Positions 8,966 to 18,651 of a stretch of 29,366 nt of DNA are shown here, piece after piece (position 1 is the stretch's first letter; every line of letters starts with the position of its first letter). The notes beneath the pieces were generated by a model. The model saw only the letters and a list, made by a program, of their open reading frames with translations. It had not been told where the DNA came from and did no database searches. The DNA comes from an uncultured Oligoflexus sp. (GTDB lineage Bacteria; Bdellovibrionota_B; Oligoflexia; Oligoflexales; Oligoflexaceae), in assembly GCA_964236955.1 (NCBI GenBank), contig CAXSGP010000058.1, positions 1 through 29,366 on the forward strand, read 5' to 3'. The position numbers and the translations under genes were made by a program.

Positions 8966-9101
8966 CTGGCGCGCCTCAGGCCCGGGCGCCCGTTTTGCGC
9001 CTCAAGGTGGCCCTGTGCTAGAACCTGAACGCGTTTTCCCTTGTTCTCAAGCTCATGGAGGTTATGATGCCCGGGATCTCTCATTCTATGAGGCTTTCTC
9101 T

Positions 9102-9563
9102 ATGTCAACCTCGCCATGTCCCTGTGGATCGAAACAAGAATTTGTACAATGCTGTGGCCTTTATATCAGTGGCCAGGCCTTGGCACCCCATCCAGAAACG
9201 CTCATGCGCAGTCGCTATGTCGCATTTTGTCGCAATGATATTGAATACTTAAAAAAAACCTGGCATCCCGAGACCTATCCTGAGGAACTTGGCCAGGAAG
9301 AGCCCTCAAACTGGATAGGATTAGAGATTATAGAAGCGTCAGAAGAGGGAGATGAGGGTGAGGTCGAATTTAAGGCGCAGTTGATCTACGATAACAAACT
9401 CGAAACTCTGCATGAACTCAGTTATTTCGACAAAATTGAGGGACAGTGGCTTTATCACTCGGGCGATTTTGAGAACGACGGCAAGCCCGAAAAAATTTCC
9501 AAGGGGGCCCCCTGTCCTTGTCGCAGCGGAAAAAAATTCGGCAACTGTCACTTCGAAAGCTAA
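9102..9563 (+). CDS. ychJ: YchJ family protein (SEC-C motifs flanking an NTF2-like domain)
   Basis: CPCGSxxxFxxCC, PETLMRSRYVAF, TWHP, WIGLEI, VEFKA, LHELS and C-terminal CPCRSGKKFGNCH. Start at ATG 9102. Confidence 0.92.
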   Translation: MSTSPCPCGSKQEFVQCCGLYISGQALAPHPETLMRSRYVAFCRNDIEYLKKTWHPETYPEELGQEEPSNWIGLEIIEASEEGDEGEVEFKAQLIYDNKLETLHELSYFDKIEGQWLYHSGDFENDGKPEKISKGAPCPCRSGKKFGNCHFES

Positions 9564-9599
9564 TCGCCCTATCCCACTGAGCTGTCGCAAAGGGTTTTC

Positions 9600-10544
9600 A
9601 TGACTGCAATCGATCCAATTTACCAGGCAATAAAGTTCGGCGCGCATACCGTTCCCGGTATTTGGGCCTTTATGTTTCCCGAGGAGGTAAAGTATTTTAG
9701 GGTGGATCCTGAGGTAAAAAGTTCCTGCTTCAATTGTCCTCAGGTCAAGGACGCCGGCTTTCATCCCAAGGTCCGCTGCTGCACCGTGATTCCACGCGTA
9801 CCCAATTTTCTGCTAGGAATGGCGCTCCATACCGACCCGACGAAAAGTCTGGCCGAAGCTTATATCGCAGGTGGTTTCGTACTTCCTGAAGGCAGCAATA
9901 TCACGCCGACACAACTGGTCACGTCGCTCGCCTATATCGTCAAGCCAAGCCGTGATGCGCCGACCGTCATCTGCCCTTTCCTCAATCTCGAGTCCAAGGA
10001 ATGTGGCATCTATGCCTACCGCAGCACGGTTTGCAGTACATTCTTCTGCCATCACGACCAAGGCGAGAACGGGCGGATCTTTTGGGAGGATTTGCAGGAT
10101 CTCGGCAGTCAAATCGAAACGGCTCTTGCGCAATGGGCTTTGGCCGAAATCGGCTTTAATGTGCCTGCCTATTTTCAGCGCTTTGATTCCCTTGCCGGGA
10201 ACCATGAATTCTGTTCCGATGAAGATTCAGCCGCCTGGAGCCTCAGCTCTCGGAAGCTCTTATGGGGGGAATGGTTTGGCCGCGAAAGGGAACTTTTCCT
10301 GGCCTGTGCCCAGGTAGTAATCGAAAATAAACAGGATCTCTATGAGATCGCTGCGAGACAAACAATTTTGCAGACCAAGGACTACGATCATTTCGTGAGG
10401 ATTGAACTCGAGAAAACCTTTCCAAAAGCTTTGGTTGAAGAAGCCCTGCCCGAGGGGACACCCGAGCCGATACAAAATCTCCGCTACTCAGTCCAGCTGT
10501 CGCAAAGAAACCTGCAGATGAGCCGCCTGCCAAGCCCTCCCTAA
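9600..10544 (+). CDS. YkgJ/CxxCxxCC-like cysteine-cluster (Fe-S/Zn) protein
   Basis: CFNC...CC...CPFL...CGIY...C..FFC cysteine pattern, followed by a ~150 aa helical C-terminal extension. Confidence 0.72.
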   Translation: MTAIDPIYQAIKFGAHTVPGIWAFMFPEEVKYFRVDPEVKSSCFNCPQVKDAGFHPKVRCCTVIPRVPNFLLGMALHTDPTKSLAEAYIAGGFVLPEGSNITPTQLVTSLAYIVKPSRDAPTVICPFLNLESKECGIYAYRSTVCSTFFCHHDQGENGRIFWEDLQDLGSQIETALAQWALAEIGFNVPAYFQRFDSLAGNHEFCSDEDSAAWSLSSRKLLWGEWFGRERELFLACAQVVIENKQDLYEIAARQTILQTKDYDHFVRIELEKTFPKALVEEALPEGTPEPIQNLRYSVQLSQRNLQMSRLPSPP

Positions 10545-10567
10545 TAGTGCGCTTCAACCCTTAAGAA

Positions 10568-10576
10568 TGGTATAAT
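10568..10576 (+). promoter_or_regulatory. Extended -10 promoter element
   Basis: TGGTATAAT (TGnTATAAT) 35 nt upstream of ATG 10611. Confidence 0.5.
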
Positions 10577-10610
10577 AGGGCCCACTATCCCTTTCTTAAG
10601 AGGCAAAAAT

Positions 10611-10802
10611 ATGTGCATCATCTGTTTGGAATTTAATAAATCGCGTGATTTCGGAGATGCCAGGCTGATGATAGAGGCGGCACGACGGGAAGTGAGTGTC
10701 ATATCCGAGGACCATTTGCGAATGGTTGAAAAGAACTTAAAAAAGATTCAGGATGAGGGGAAAGATACGAGCGAGGAGCTTGACCCGTTTGAGGTCGACT
10801 AG
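10611..10802 (+). CDS. Small hypothetical protein with N-terminal CxxC (63 aa)
   Basis: SD GAGG, upstream extended -10, MCIIC start, a single His (EDHL) and an acidic tail. Confidence 0.75.
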   Translation: MCIICLEFNKSRDFGDARLMIEAARREVSVISEDHLRMVEKNLKKIQDEGKDTSEELDPFEVD

Positions 10803-10842
10803 GCAAAACCCCGGGTGTATCCAAACACCCCACTGTTTGCCT
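10801..10842. terminator. Possible hairpin between convergent genes
   Basis: AGGCAAA...TTTGCCT outer stem and GGGTGT/ACACCC inner stem. Confidence 0.35.
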
Positions 10843-10930
10843 TCTGGGCCCAAATTGTTAGCACCCGTTTGACTCTCAGGTCAAGCGTCACTTAAGACTT
10901 GGCATGGTTTGAATGGCCGCTAACAAGGTC

Positions 10931-11338
10931 TCAGTCAACCAAAGAATTGAAAAAATCGATATATTCCAAGCTTGAAATGGGTTTAACATGATAGCCATTG
11001 GCGCCGATGCTCATGGCCTTTTCACGGTCCGCTTCCAGCGAGGAATGCGAAAACATCGCTATAAAAGGTAAAAATTTGAAATGCTCATCACTTCGAATTT
11101 TCTGAAGTGCTTCGTGGCCACCGATTCCGGGCATATTGATATCGAGTAGGATCAAGGCGGGGAACCTGAATTTCTTATGTCTCACCTCTTCGAGATAAAG
11201 ATAGAGTGAGGCGGCCGACATCAAGGGCACGAACTTGTTTTTGATCCTGGATTTTGCAAAACAGCGCTGAGCGATTTTTAGATCGAGATCCGAGTCGTCG
11301 ACCATAATCACTTCATTTTCATTTTGTAATTTTATCAT
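10931..11338 (-). CDS. Single-domain response regulator (REC)
   Basis: VDD, LLDINMP, FS and VKP receiver motifs. Overlaps the end of the upstream kinase gene. Confidence 0.92.
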   Translation of the reverse strand: MIKLQNENEVIMVDDSDLDLKIAQRCFAKSRIKNKFVPLMSAASLYLYLEEVRHKKFRFPALILLDINMPGIGGHEALQKIRSDEHFKFLPFIAMFSHSSLEADREKAMSIGANGYHVKPISSLEYIDFFNSLVD

Positions 11339-12485
11339 GGTTACTTCCGGCTAGAGTGAAGCGAAAACTAACGCCTTGGACCAAATTTTCGACCCAAATC
11401 CGGCCGTGGTGTCGATCCACGATCTTTTTGGCTTTCGTCAAACCAAGACCGAGATGCTGCCATTTTTGAAAGTTCGTCAGCCTGGCAAAGGGCAAAAAGA
11501 TTGCCTCCTTCTTATCTTCGGCTATTGACGATCCGCTATTAAACACGGATAGAATCCATTCACCAGCTAAAAATTCCGCTCCTATGACTATGTCTATGGA
11601 TTGATCGCCCGTATGGACCAGAGCATTGTCTAAAAGATGGAACATAAGTTCGCGGACAAAATTCTCATTGCACTGGATCATGGGTAGTTGTTGGAGTTTC
11701 ACTCTTATCCCTCGCTTGTCAATATCGACCTGTCTGGCCTGGACAAGTTTGTGGGCCAATCCATGGATATCGACTAGGGAATATTCGCAGTCTGAATTTA
11801 CAATGCGGGTGAGCTCGCCGAAGTTATCAACCAGCGCCATGCCCTCAGCCGTGCAGCAGGTAAGATCCTCGCAGATCTCATCGATTTCAACTATTCCATG
11901 CTCCCTGGCCTCGATCTTCAACAAATCGACCAGACAATAGATGCGCCGCAAAGGCTCGCGCATGTCATGCGAGGCAATAGCGGTGTACTGCTTGAGCTGC
12001 TCGTTCGATTCTTTCAGCTGGCGATATAAATTTTCAATAAGTTGAGACTCATCCAGAGCCTTGCGCTGACGATAAAGCTCGGCAAACACCCGTACTTTCG
12101 CCCTTAGGACTTGCGGTGAAAGGGGTTTGATTAAAAAGTCGACAGCTCCGCTATCGTAGCCTAAAAAAAGTTCTTCCTGATCCTTGGCTTCCGCAGTCAC
12201 GAAAATGATGGGGGTCTGCGCAAAGACAGGATCGGCACGTATAATCTGGGCCACTTCAAAACCATCCATGTCAGGCATGCGGATATCAAGCAGGATGCAG
12301 CAGAACTCTGATTTTAGAATTTTTCGCAAGGCCTCTTGGCCGGACAGGGCGGGGACGACTTCCACTTCCTTGGAATTTAAAACCTGCTGCAGGCTGATAA
12401 GGTTGGCCTGTAGGTCATCGACCGCCAGCACATAGACCTTGGACTTGAGGTCCTGTGATATCGAAGAAATATCTTCAAGACCCAT
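11319..12485 (-). CDS. Cytoplasmic hybrid histidine kinase (REC-HisKA-HATPase)
   Basis: VDD/LLDIRMPDMDG/VTA/KP receiver, H-box ASHDMREPL, N-box DNAL, FLPF and GLGL. Start is 12485 (SD GAAGGGA) or 12503. Confidence 0.92.
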   Translation of the reverse strand: MGLEDISSISQDLKSKVYVLAVDDLQANLISLQQVLNSKEVEVVPALSGQEALRKILKSEFCCILLDIRMPDMDGFEVAQIIRADPVFAQTPIIFVTAEAKDQEELFLGYDSGAVDFLIKPLSPQVLRAKVRVFAELYRQRKALDESQLIENLYRQLKESNEQLKQYTAIASHDMREPLRRIYCLVDLLKIEAREHGIVEIDEICEDLTCCTAEGMALVDNFGELTRIVNSDCEYSLVDIHGLAHKLVQARQVDIDKRGIRVKLQQLPMIQCNENFVRELMFHLLDNALVHTGDQSIDIVIGAEFLAGEWILSVFNSGSSIAEDKKEAIFLPFARLTNFQKWQHLGLGLTKAKKIVDRHHGRIWVENLVQGVSFRFTLAGSNHDKITK

Positions 12486-12712
12486 GGGCTGACTTCCCTT
12501 CATTTCTTTCGAAAAATATCATCTTTCCTATCTATTGTATCATATTGCCTTCGCTGAGTTCTTCGAGCTCTTATTTTTGAATTCAGCGGCAGCAGTTTTC
12601 GCCATTTCTCTTGTTATTGACAGAATATTCATAAAATCTTAAGCATATTTTTGATAAATTGCGGCCATGAAGCCATCGATGCGATCATGCTCACCCTAGA
12701 ATACCTTCCTGG

Positions 12713-15211
12713 TCAAGTCCCTAACCATACCCGCATCAGCAAGATAAGCTTTTCAGTGTCGACGGGTTTTAAAAGATAGTCATTGGCACCGGCTGCAAGG
12801 CACTGATCTCTGTCGTCCCTCATCGCTTTTGCCGTCAAGGCTATGATGGGTAAGGATTGAAAGCTTGGAATAGCACGGATCCTTCGCATCGCTTCGTAAC
12901 CGTCCATCTCTGGCATCATGATGTCCATGAGTACCAGATCGATTTTGGGCTGGGACCGATCCTTCCCTTCCAGGATCTCCAATGCCTCGAACCCATTGGT
13001 CGCAACGAAAATCGAGCAAGCTCGACCATGTAAAATTTGACGAAGTGAATAAACGTTCCGGATATCGTCGTCGACGATGAGAATATTTTTTCCGTCGAAC
13101 TGATCTTCGGCTAGCATCATTTGAGGCCTGGGCACCTGGACCAATTCCTTTAGCTTTGCCTTGGAGTTCTTCTTAAATTCTCCTTCCTCCCTTTTGAAGT
13201 CGACGCTGTTATCATCATTGAGAGGCAGCACTTTCGGCAAGAGTATCGAAAAGCTACTGCCTTTGCCCAGCTCGCTTGAGACTTCAATATCACCGCCGAG
13301 CTTCTGGGCCAGATTTCTTGATATGGCAAGACCAAGGCCTGTGCCCTCCTGCTTTCTTGAAAGCGTATTATCAAGCTGTTGGAAGGGCTCAAAGATCTGT
13401 ACTAACTTGTCGTCGGGTATCCCCACTCCGGTATCACTGACTTTAATTTCGAGTTCGAATGCCGGGCTCTTTGCTTTCAGAAAAGTGACAGTAACCTGAC
13501 CGGCTTCCGTGAATTTTATGGCATTGGCCACAAAATTTCTTACGATTTGCGAGAGACGCATCGGATCCGTTTCGATCGATTCCGGACAGTCGGCGGCCAG
13601 GTTAACCGTGTAGCGCAGCCGTTTATTCTTGGCAAGAGCTTCATACATTTCCCGCGTCTCGTCAGCCACGGCGGCAAGCTCGACCCTGATCGAATTCACT
13701 TCGATCTTACCGGCTTCGATGCGGGATAGATCGAGAATATCATTGATGAGTTTGAGCAAATCCTTACCCGAGTTATGAATGATATTGGCATTCTTTATTT
13801 GATTCAAAGACATGGTTTTTTCACGGTTCTCCGCCAATACCTGCGCTAAAATCATAATACTGTTTAAGGGCGTCCGCAGTTCATGAGACATATTTGCAAG
13901 GAAAATTGATTTATGGCGATTCGCGACGGCGGCCTCACGCCCCTTGGTTTCCGCGTCTTTGTTAGCGAAAGCCAGATTGTCGATCACGACTTCGAGCTTC
14001 TTGTTTTGTGCCGCGAGCTCGCTACTCTTTTCCTCGAGCTCCTGATTGTCGATGCGGGACTTTTCTTCGGACGCGCAGATTGCGAGGTATATACGGCCAA
14101 TTTCGCCCATAATCGTTCGAATTTCAATGTTGCTATCTTGCGGGGGAAAACGAATCTGGCGATTTCCGCCGGCGACCTGTTCAGAAATAATAGCGATGTC
14201 GCGGATGCCACGGACAAAGGATCGGGATATGAGGAAGACCAGTGCGAGAACGAGAACACCGGCAAACGAAGCCAAACCTATAATAGAGTTAAGACGGCTG
14301 TCGGCAGAACGAATCTCGCTACGAAGCTTCAGCTCAATCAAATGAATCGTTATATTATGCAGCCCGTAGATCGAACTGATAAGTTCCGAGCATTGAACGA
14401 AGTAGATTTCAGGCTTCGTAACACCTTCCGACTCGCCTAGATATTGCTTGACCATGCCTCTTACCGAAGCCAGCTGATGCTCTATCGTTATCAGTGAAGG
14501 TTTGAGTTGCTGATAGAATTCGGGGTTATGCCGTGTGAGATCGACCATGCTCTGGCTGATCTCCTGAAACCTGCTCTCGGCGAGATTGAGATAGCTGCTG
14601 GCCGTGCTTAAATCGAGAAGGGATTTCTCGTTGACCAAGACTTTGTAACTAATGAAACCGCGAAGCATATTGATGTTTTCGCCGAGCGAGGGCGTAAGGT
14701 CGACAGCGAGCCGACTCGGGATAAAGAGATTACCCGCACCGGAATAGAATTTGGAATTATAACTCAGTATATCGGCATAATTGGTCAGCCTGCCGCTAAG
14801 TTCGGCATAAGCTGCGAATCGGCGCGGACTGTCCGGTACCAGGTTTTGCAAGGCCTTGATGCTTTTAACAATTTCCTCCCACTGCGTTCGGTCGAAATGC
14901 TGGAGCTTCGCAAGATCGTCGCTTACTTCATCAATAAGGCCATCGATGCGGTCGGCACTCTCCTTCCTGTGGGTCGGGGTGATATCTGAGCCGATGACCC
15001 ACAAGGGAAGGCTGGCTCCGTGATCCTGTATCAGGCGCGTCAGGTTCCCGATATGTTCGATCGCCGGGAGGGCCTGCAACTGTTCATTGAGATTGTTGAG
15101 ACTGAGTTCCTTGGCGAGTTTTACATACTCGCGCGTGACGAAGAGTAGTGGGATCCCAAGAACTGCGGTGATCAAGCCAATTTTTTGCCATAATTTAAGC
15201 CTTGAGAACAT
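12713..15211 (-). CDS. Membrane hybrid sensor kinase (TM-periplasmic helical sensor-TM-HAMP-HisKA-HATPase-REC)
   Basis: Two TM segments flank a ~280 aa domain; FLANMSHELRTPLN, NAIKFT, DTGVGI, GTGLGL and a C-terminal LMDIMMPEMDG...KP receiver. SD AGGAAGGA. Confidence 0.95.
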   Translation of the reverse strand: MFSRLKLWQKIGLITAVLGIPLLFVTREYVKLAKELSLNNLNEQLQALPAIEHIGNLTRLIQDHGASLPLWVIGSDITPTHRKESADRIDGLIDEVSDDLAKLQHFDRTQWEEIVKSIKALQNLVPDSPRRFAAYAELSGRLTNYADILSYNSKFYSGAGNLFIPSRLAVDLTPSLGENINMLRGFISYKVLVNEKSLLDLSTASSYLNLAESRFQEISQSMVDLTRHNPEFYQQLKPSLITIEHQLASVRGMVKQYLGESEGVTKPEIYFVQCSELISSIYGLHNITIHLIELKLRSEIRSADSRLNSIIGLASFAGVLVLALVFLISRSFVRGIRDIAIISEQVAGGNRQIRFPPQDSNIEIRTIMGEIGRIYLAICASEEKSRIDNQELEEKSSELAAQNKKLEVVIDNLAFANKDAETKGREAAVANRHKSIFLANMSHELRTPLNSIMILAQVLAENREKTMSLNQIKNANIIHNSGKDLLKLINDILDLSRIEAGKIEVNSIRVELAAVADETREMYEALAKNKRLRYTVNLAADCPESIETDPMRLSQIVRNFVANAIKFTEAGQVTVTFLKAKSPAFELEIKVSDTGVGIPDDKLVQIFEPFQQLDNTLSRKQEGTGLGLAISRNLAQKLGGDIEVSSELGKGSSFSILLPKVLPLNDDNSVDFKREEGEFKKNSKAKLKELVQVPRPQMMLAEDQFDGKNILIVDDDIRNVYSLRQILHGRACSIFVATNGFEALEILEGKDRSQPKIDLVLMDIMMPEMDGYEAMRRIRAIPSFQSLPIIALTAKAMRDDRDQCLAAGANDYLLKPVDTEKLILLMRVWLGT

Positions 15212-16162
15212 GGTCGATCCTTCCTGATCCGCCTAATGCCGCACTAGAGCCTGATAATCCGCCTCATCTTAAGCTGCTTGGAATGGAGTAGGCGCCTTTA
15301 GCCTCCTTGTCGCATTCTTTAATAGATAGAGGACATTGCCTTGGGGCTTGGCCGCCACAACCGCGATGGCCACCGCATCCTCGCGCCCTAAGCGAGGCTG
15401 AGGCGGGGCCATTCCCGTCAGGACTTTGCGGGCCCAATGAATCGGAGCGTCCTGAGGCGACCTTGAGCCAATAGACCTATTCCGGTGGAATAAACCCGAA
15501 AAGAAGAGCCCTGAAGCTGATCCGTAAAGCTGCCCCAAATCCGGATCCTTGCGACGCAGGCTCCTTGCATAACTGGGAGTCTCAATAAGATAGCAGAAGA
15601 ATAAATTTTTTGACCGATATATTGAAGGGGAAAAATAGGCCTAAGGCCTCGGCCCACCTCATGCCGCGCCTTCTGAAAAGGGCCGAAAAAGCCAAACCGA
15701 CGACCGGCGCTCAAATTGATAAAAAATCCGCCGTTTCAAAGCCTCATGATCCCAAAGTCAACCCGGCTGAAGACCCTTGGGCCCTTGAGTGGCCATTGTT
15801 CCAAGCGGATCCCGCGGCCTCCAGGCATCGCCTCCTAAAGCGGCAGTTTCATTTTGCTTAGTGCTATTGCCTGGGAATGAGCGCAAGATACAAAAATGGA
15901 GTCGCAGAGGGCGATTTCGACTTCAACTCCTCGATAAGAAAGGCCGTGTATTCGTAAAATATGCAACGTAGAATGTAATCATGAATTTTTTTTCAAGTAT
16001 AATCGATTGCTTTGAAATGTCAGATTGTGGAAAATTTCCTTCCTGGCGCCTTGAGTTCCTTTTGAACCCTTATCGCTGTTCCTTCCTTCACCAAAGCGCT
16101 TTTTTACTAAAGCTTAAGTCCTGAATACGGAAAGAGTCAGAATTTGTTCCGCTGGTGTTAGA

Positions 16163-16180
16163 AATTAACATATGTAAATT
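16163..16180. promoter_or_regulatory. Near-perfect 18-bp palindrome, candidate operator
   Basis: AATTAACAT|ATGTAAATT (one mismatch) in the divergent intergenic region upstream of the Crp/Fnr gene. Confidence 0.45.
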
Positions 16181-16598
16181 ACAGAATAGATCCCGTGTAT
16201 TACGATTATGGGAATGGATTTGGCGCGAAATTTTTTGGACCCACGAGACTGATGCGTGGCGGGTCTCAATTTCTTTAAGCCCGTCCTGTTCTGGAGATTT
16301 TTAATGCTGATTTCAAACTCCGGGAACAGCTGTTGAAAGAATTTATTTAACGCCTTGCGAGGTTTCTATTTTTGGTCGTCCGCTGCTCATTGTTGTCATT
16401 CATGGCTGGTATAACGTTGATATTCCGCTCAAGAGCCTTAGCGATAACTAAGCAGCTAGCAGGGCATACAGACCCTGCGCCTCCTTCGGCAGAGTCCGTG
16501 CGCTGCTTTTGTGGTCGGCATCAGAATGTCTTTAATCCTTTATCTTTGACCACTCCCCCATGTCTAAACGTTTGATTAAAGATCCAGGCTAGGTACAA

Positions 16599-17195
16599 AT
16601 GAGTGAGAAATTTTCTGAACTTATAAATAATATGGCGCGTTATCATGAAATACCCAGCGCGCAGTGGGAATCAATTAGCGAACATATTGTGCGCAGGGAT
16701 ATTGCGGCTGGAGACTATTTTCTTAAGGCCAATACCCTAGCGACGGAATTTGGATATGTTGAGAAAGGCCTCTTCCGTTCTTTTTATCGCGATCAGAATG
16801 GCGACGAATTCATTCGAAACTTCTCATCCGAAGGGCAGCTGCTTGGCTCAACAGTATCACTCTTAACCGGGGAACCTTCAGAGGTCTGTATTCAGGCTAT
16901 CGAAGCCAGCACTATTCTTGTCATCGATTATCAAATATTTCAGGCTTACTTTGAACGCCATCGCTGCTGGGAGACAGCCAGCCGTCTCATCACTCAGCAT
17001 AATTTTCTGCAAACCGAAAATAAGGCTCACCATCTGCTGGTTTATAACGCGGCAGAACGCTATGAACTTTTTTTGAAGCAGCACTCCGAGATAGCCAGAC
17101 GCATCCACCAGTATATGATAGCCATGTATCTGGGAATCAGCCCGGTTTCGCTAAGTCGCATTATAAACAGTCGTTTGAAGCCAGCGAAACCGTAG
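16599..17195 (+). CDS. Crp/Fnr family transcriptional regulator
   Basis: cNMP-binding-like beta-roll (YVEKGLFRSFY...IQAIE), AAERY, and HTH QYMIAMYLGISPVSLSRI. Confidence 0.93.
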   Translation: MSEKFSELINNMARYHEIPSAQWESISEHIVRRDIAAGDYFLKANTLATEFGYVEKGLFRSFYRDQNGDEFIRNFSSEGQLLGSTVSLLTGEPSEVCIQAIEASTILVIDYQIFQAYFERHRCWETASRLITQHNFLQTENKAHHLLVYNAAERYELFLKQHSEIARRIHQYMIAMYLGISPVSLSRIINSRLKPAKP

Positions 17196-17331
17196 CGTCA
17201 TTGAGAGTCCATCGTGCCTGTCCGCAGTCCTGAGCAAACCTAGTCATTATTACCAGTTTCCTCCATCATGAACTTGATTCGGACGACTTAAATCTGTAAG
17301 GTTAGTCCAAATGAGTAAACGAGGGGAATAT

Positions 17332-18135
17332 ATGCGCAAACTTATACACGGGCTCGTCGATTTCCGTGAACGCCTTGCGCCCAGTTACCAGGAAACTTTC
17401 GCGCGCCTGGCGATGGGCCAAAAACCAGACGTATTATTTGTCGCTTGCTCGGACAGCCGTGTAGTTCCCAATCTTTTTGCCTCGACAGAACCGGGTGATT
17501 TATTTGTTATCAGAAATGTCGGCAATCTTGTCGCACCCAGCGATGCCTCGGAACAAGACGATGGCGTTAATCTTTTTGACCGTTCCGAAGCTGCCGCGAT
17601 CGAATATGCAGTTGGCATTCTGGGCGTCGCCGATATCGTCGTCTGCGGTCATTCGGAATGTGGCGCGACCATCGCTCTGCTTGATGAGAATAGACCGTTG
17701 AGCCCGAATCTCAAAAGTTGGCTTCGCCACGGTGAACCCAGTATCGATCGATTGCAAAACGGTGAACTCCTCAATTCGGACCTACCCCTTCACAACCAGC
17801 TTTCTCAAATCAATGTTTTGCAGCAAATCGACCATCTTCGCAGTTATCCCCTCGTAAAAAGGGCCCTAGCTGAGAATCGCCTGCGTCTGCATGCCTGGTA
17901 TTTTAATATAGGCAAAGTTGAAGTCGAGGTCTTTGATCCCAACGCTCATCAATTCCGTCCCATCGACAGGGAAATGGCTGAAAGCATGCTCAAAAGCATG
18001 GGGCAAGAGAATCAGGAGCCAAAGCGCGAAAGTATAGTGCCATGGCAGGTTGCCTCTCAAAACTACGAGGGTTTACCCCAAGCTGGAGCTTCGAAAGGTT
18101 GCTGCTCGATGCACAATAGCGTCAGCGGCAATTAG
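17332..18135 (+). CDS. cynT: Beta-class carbonic anhydrase (CynT-like)
   Basis: Zn ligands CSDSR and HSEC; PGDLFVIRNVGN and AAIEYAV. Start ATG 17332 (SD GAGGGG). Confidence 0.93.
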   Translation: MRKLIHGLVDFRERLAPSYQETFARLAMGQKPDVLFVACSDSRVVPNLFASTEPGDLFVIRNVGNLVAPSDASEQDDGVNLFDRSEAAAIEYAVGILGVADIVVCGHSECGATIALLDENRPLSPNLKSWLRHGEPSIDRLQNGELLNSDLPLHNQLSQINVLQQIDHLRSYPLVKRALAENRLRLHAWYFNIGKVEVEVFDPNAHQFRPIDREMAESMLKSMGQENQEPKRESIVPWQVASQNYEGLPQAGASKGCCSMHNSVSGN

Positions 18136-18651
18136 CACGATCGTGGAAACGATGCGGGCGCTGACTCGCATTGGTTCCAGGCTTCCCCGTCCCACTTCCC
18201 CAGAGTTCGATCTGATTTCCACCTCTGTATAAACTTTGTCATGAGATCGGTATAAGCTCATATATCGATGGCGAGCGAATTCTTCGCTTAAATCTAAAAA
18301 CTTCCCATTTAAACATGCTACCGTTGTCATGATTTACTTGTGATAGAATAAAAGGATAAAAAAACTACTTTTCCCTGCCTTTGCCACCTTAGACAAGACA
18401 CTTCCGCTCCGGACCTAGCAGCGATAGGTTTTTCTTAAGAGTCTATCGATCGCGCGCCGTAATAGGCTGCGTTTGTAAAGGCAAATCCTTTTTTTTAAAA
18501 AAAGCAGACAGCGCTCCATTTTAATGTTTAAAAAGGGTTAATAAATCATATCCCCTTCCTTAGGCTCAATATGGAAAATTGATTAGCAGATAATCCTTTA
18601 TGGATACGGCTGATTAATCGACCTTGAAGAAGAGCAGCAAAACATTAGAAC

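Noticed and set aside
9055..9252. Alternative-frame ORF with a GGAGG SD overlapping ychJ
   Set aside because: It overlaps a well-conserved gene and has no recognisable protein features.
10801..10842. GGCAAA-starting hairpin as a c-di-GMP-I riboswitch
   Set aside because: No GNRA-capped P2 or second GCAAA/P3, and it lies between convergent gene ends.
11319..11700. Atypical ATP-lid motifs (NSGSSI, HLGLGL) suggesting a pseudokinase
   Set aside because: NxG G1 boxes and HxGLGL G2 boxes occur in functional kinases, and the H and N boxes are intact.
12540..12605. 21-codon minus-strand ORF MAKTAAAEFKNKSSKNSAKAI between the two kinase genes
   Set aside because: Weak SD and too short to support from sequence alone.
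16205..16270. Fluoride-riboswitch-like words (GGGAATGG…CTGATG) upstream of the Crp gene
   Set aside because: The required P1 and pseudoknot complementarity is absent.
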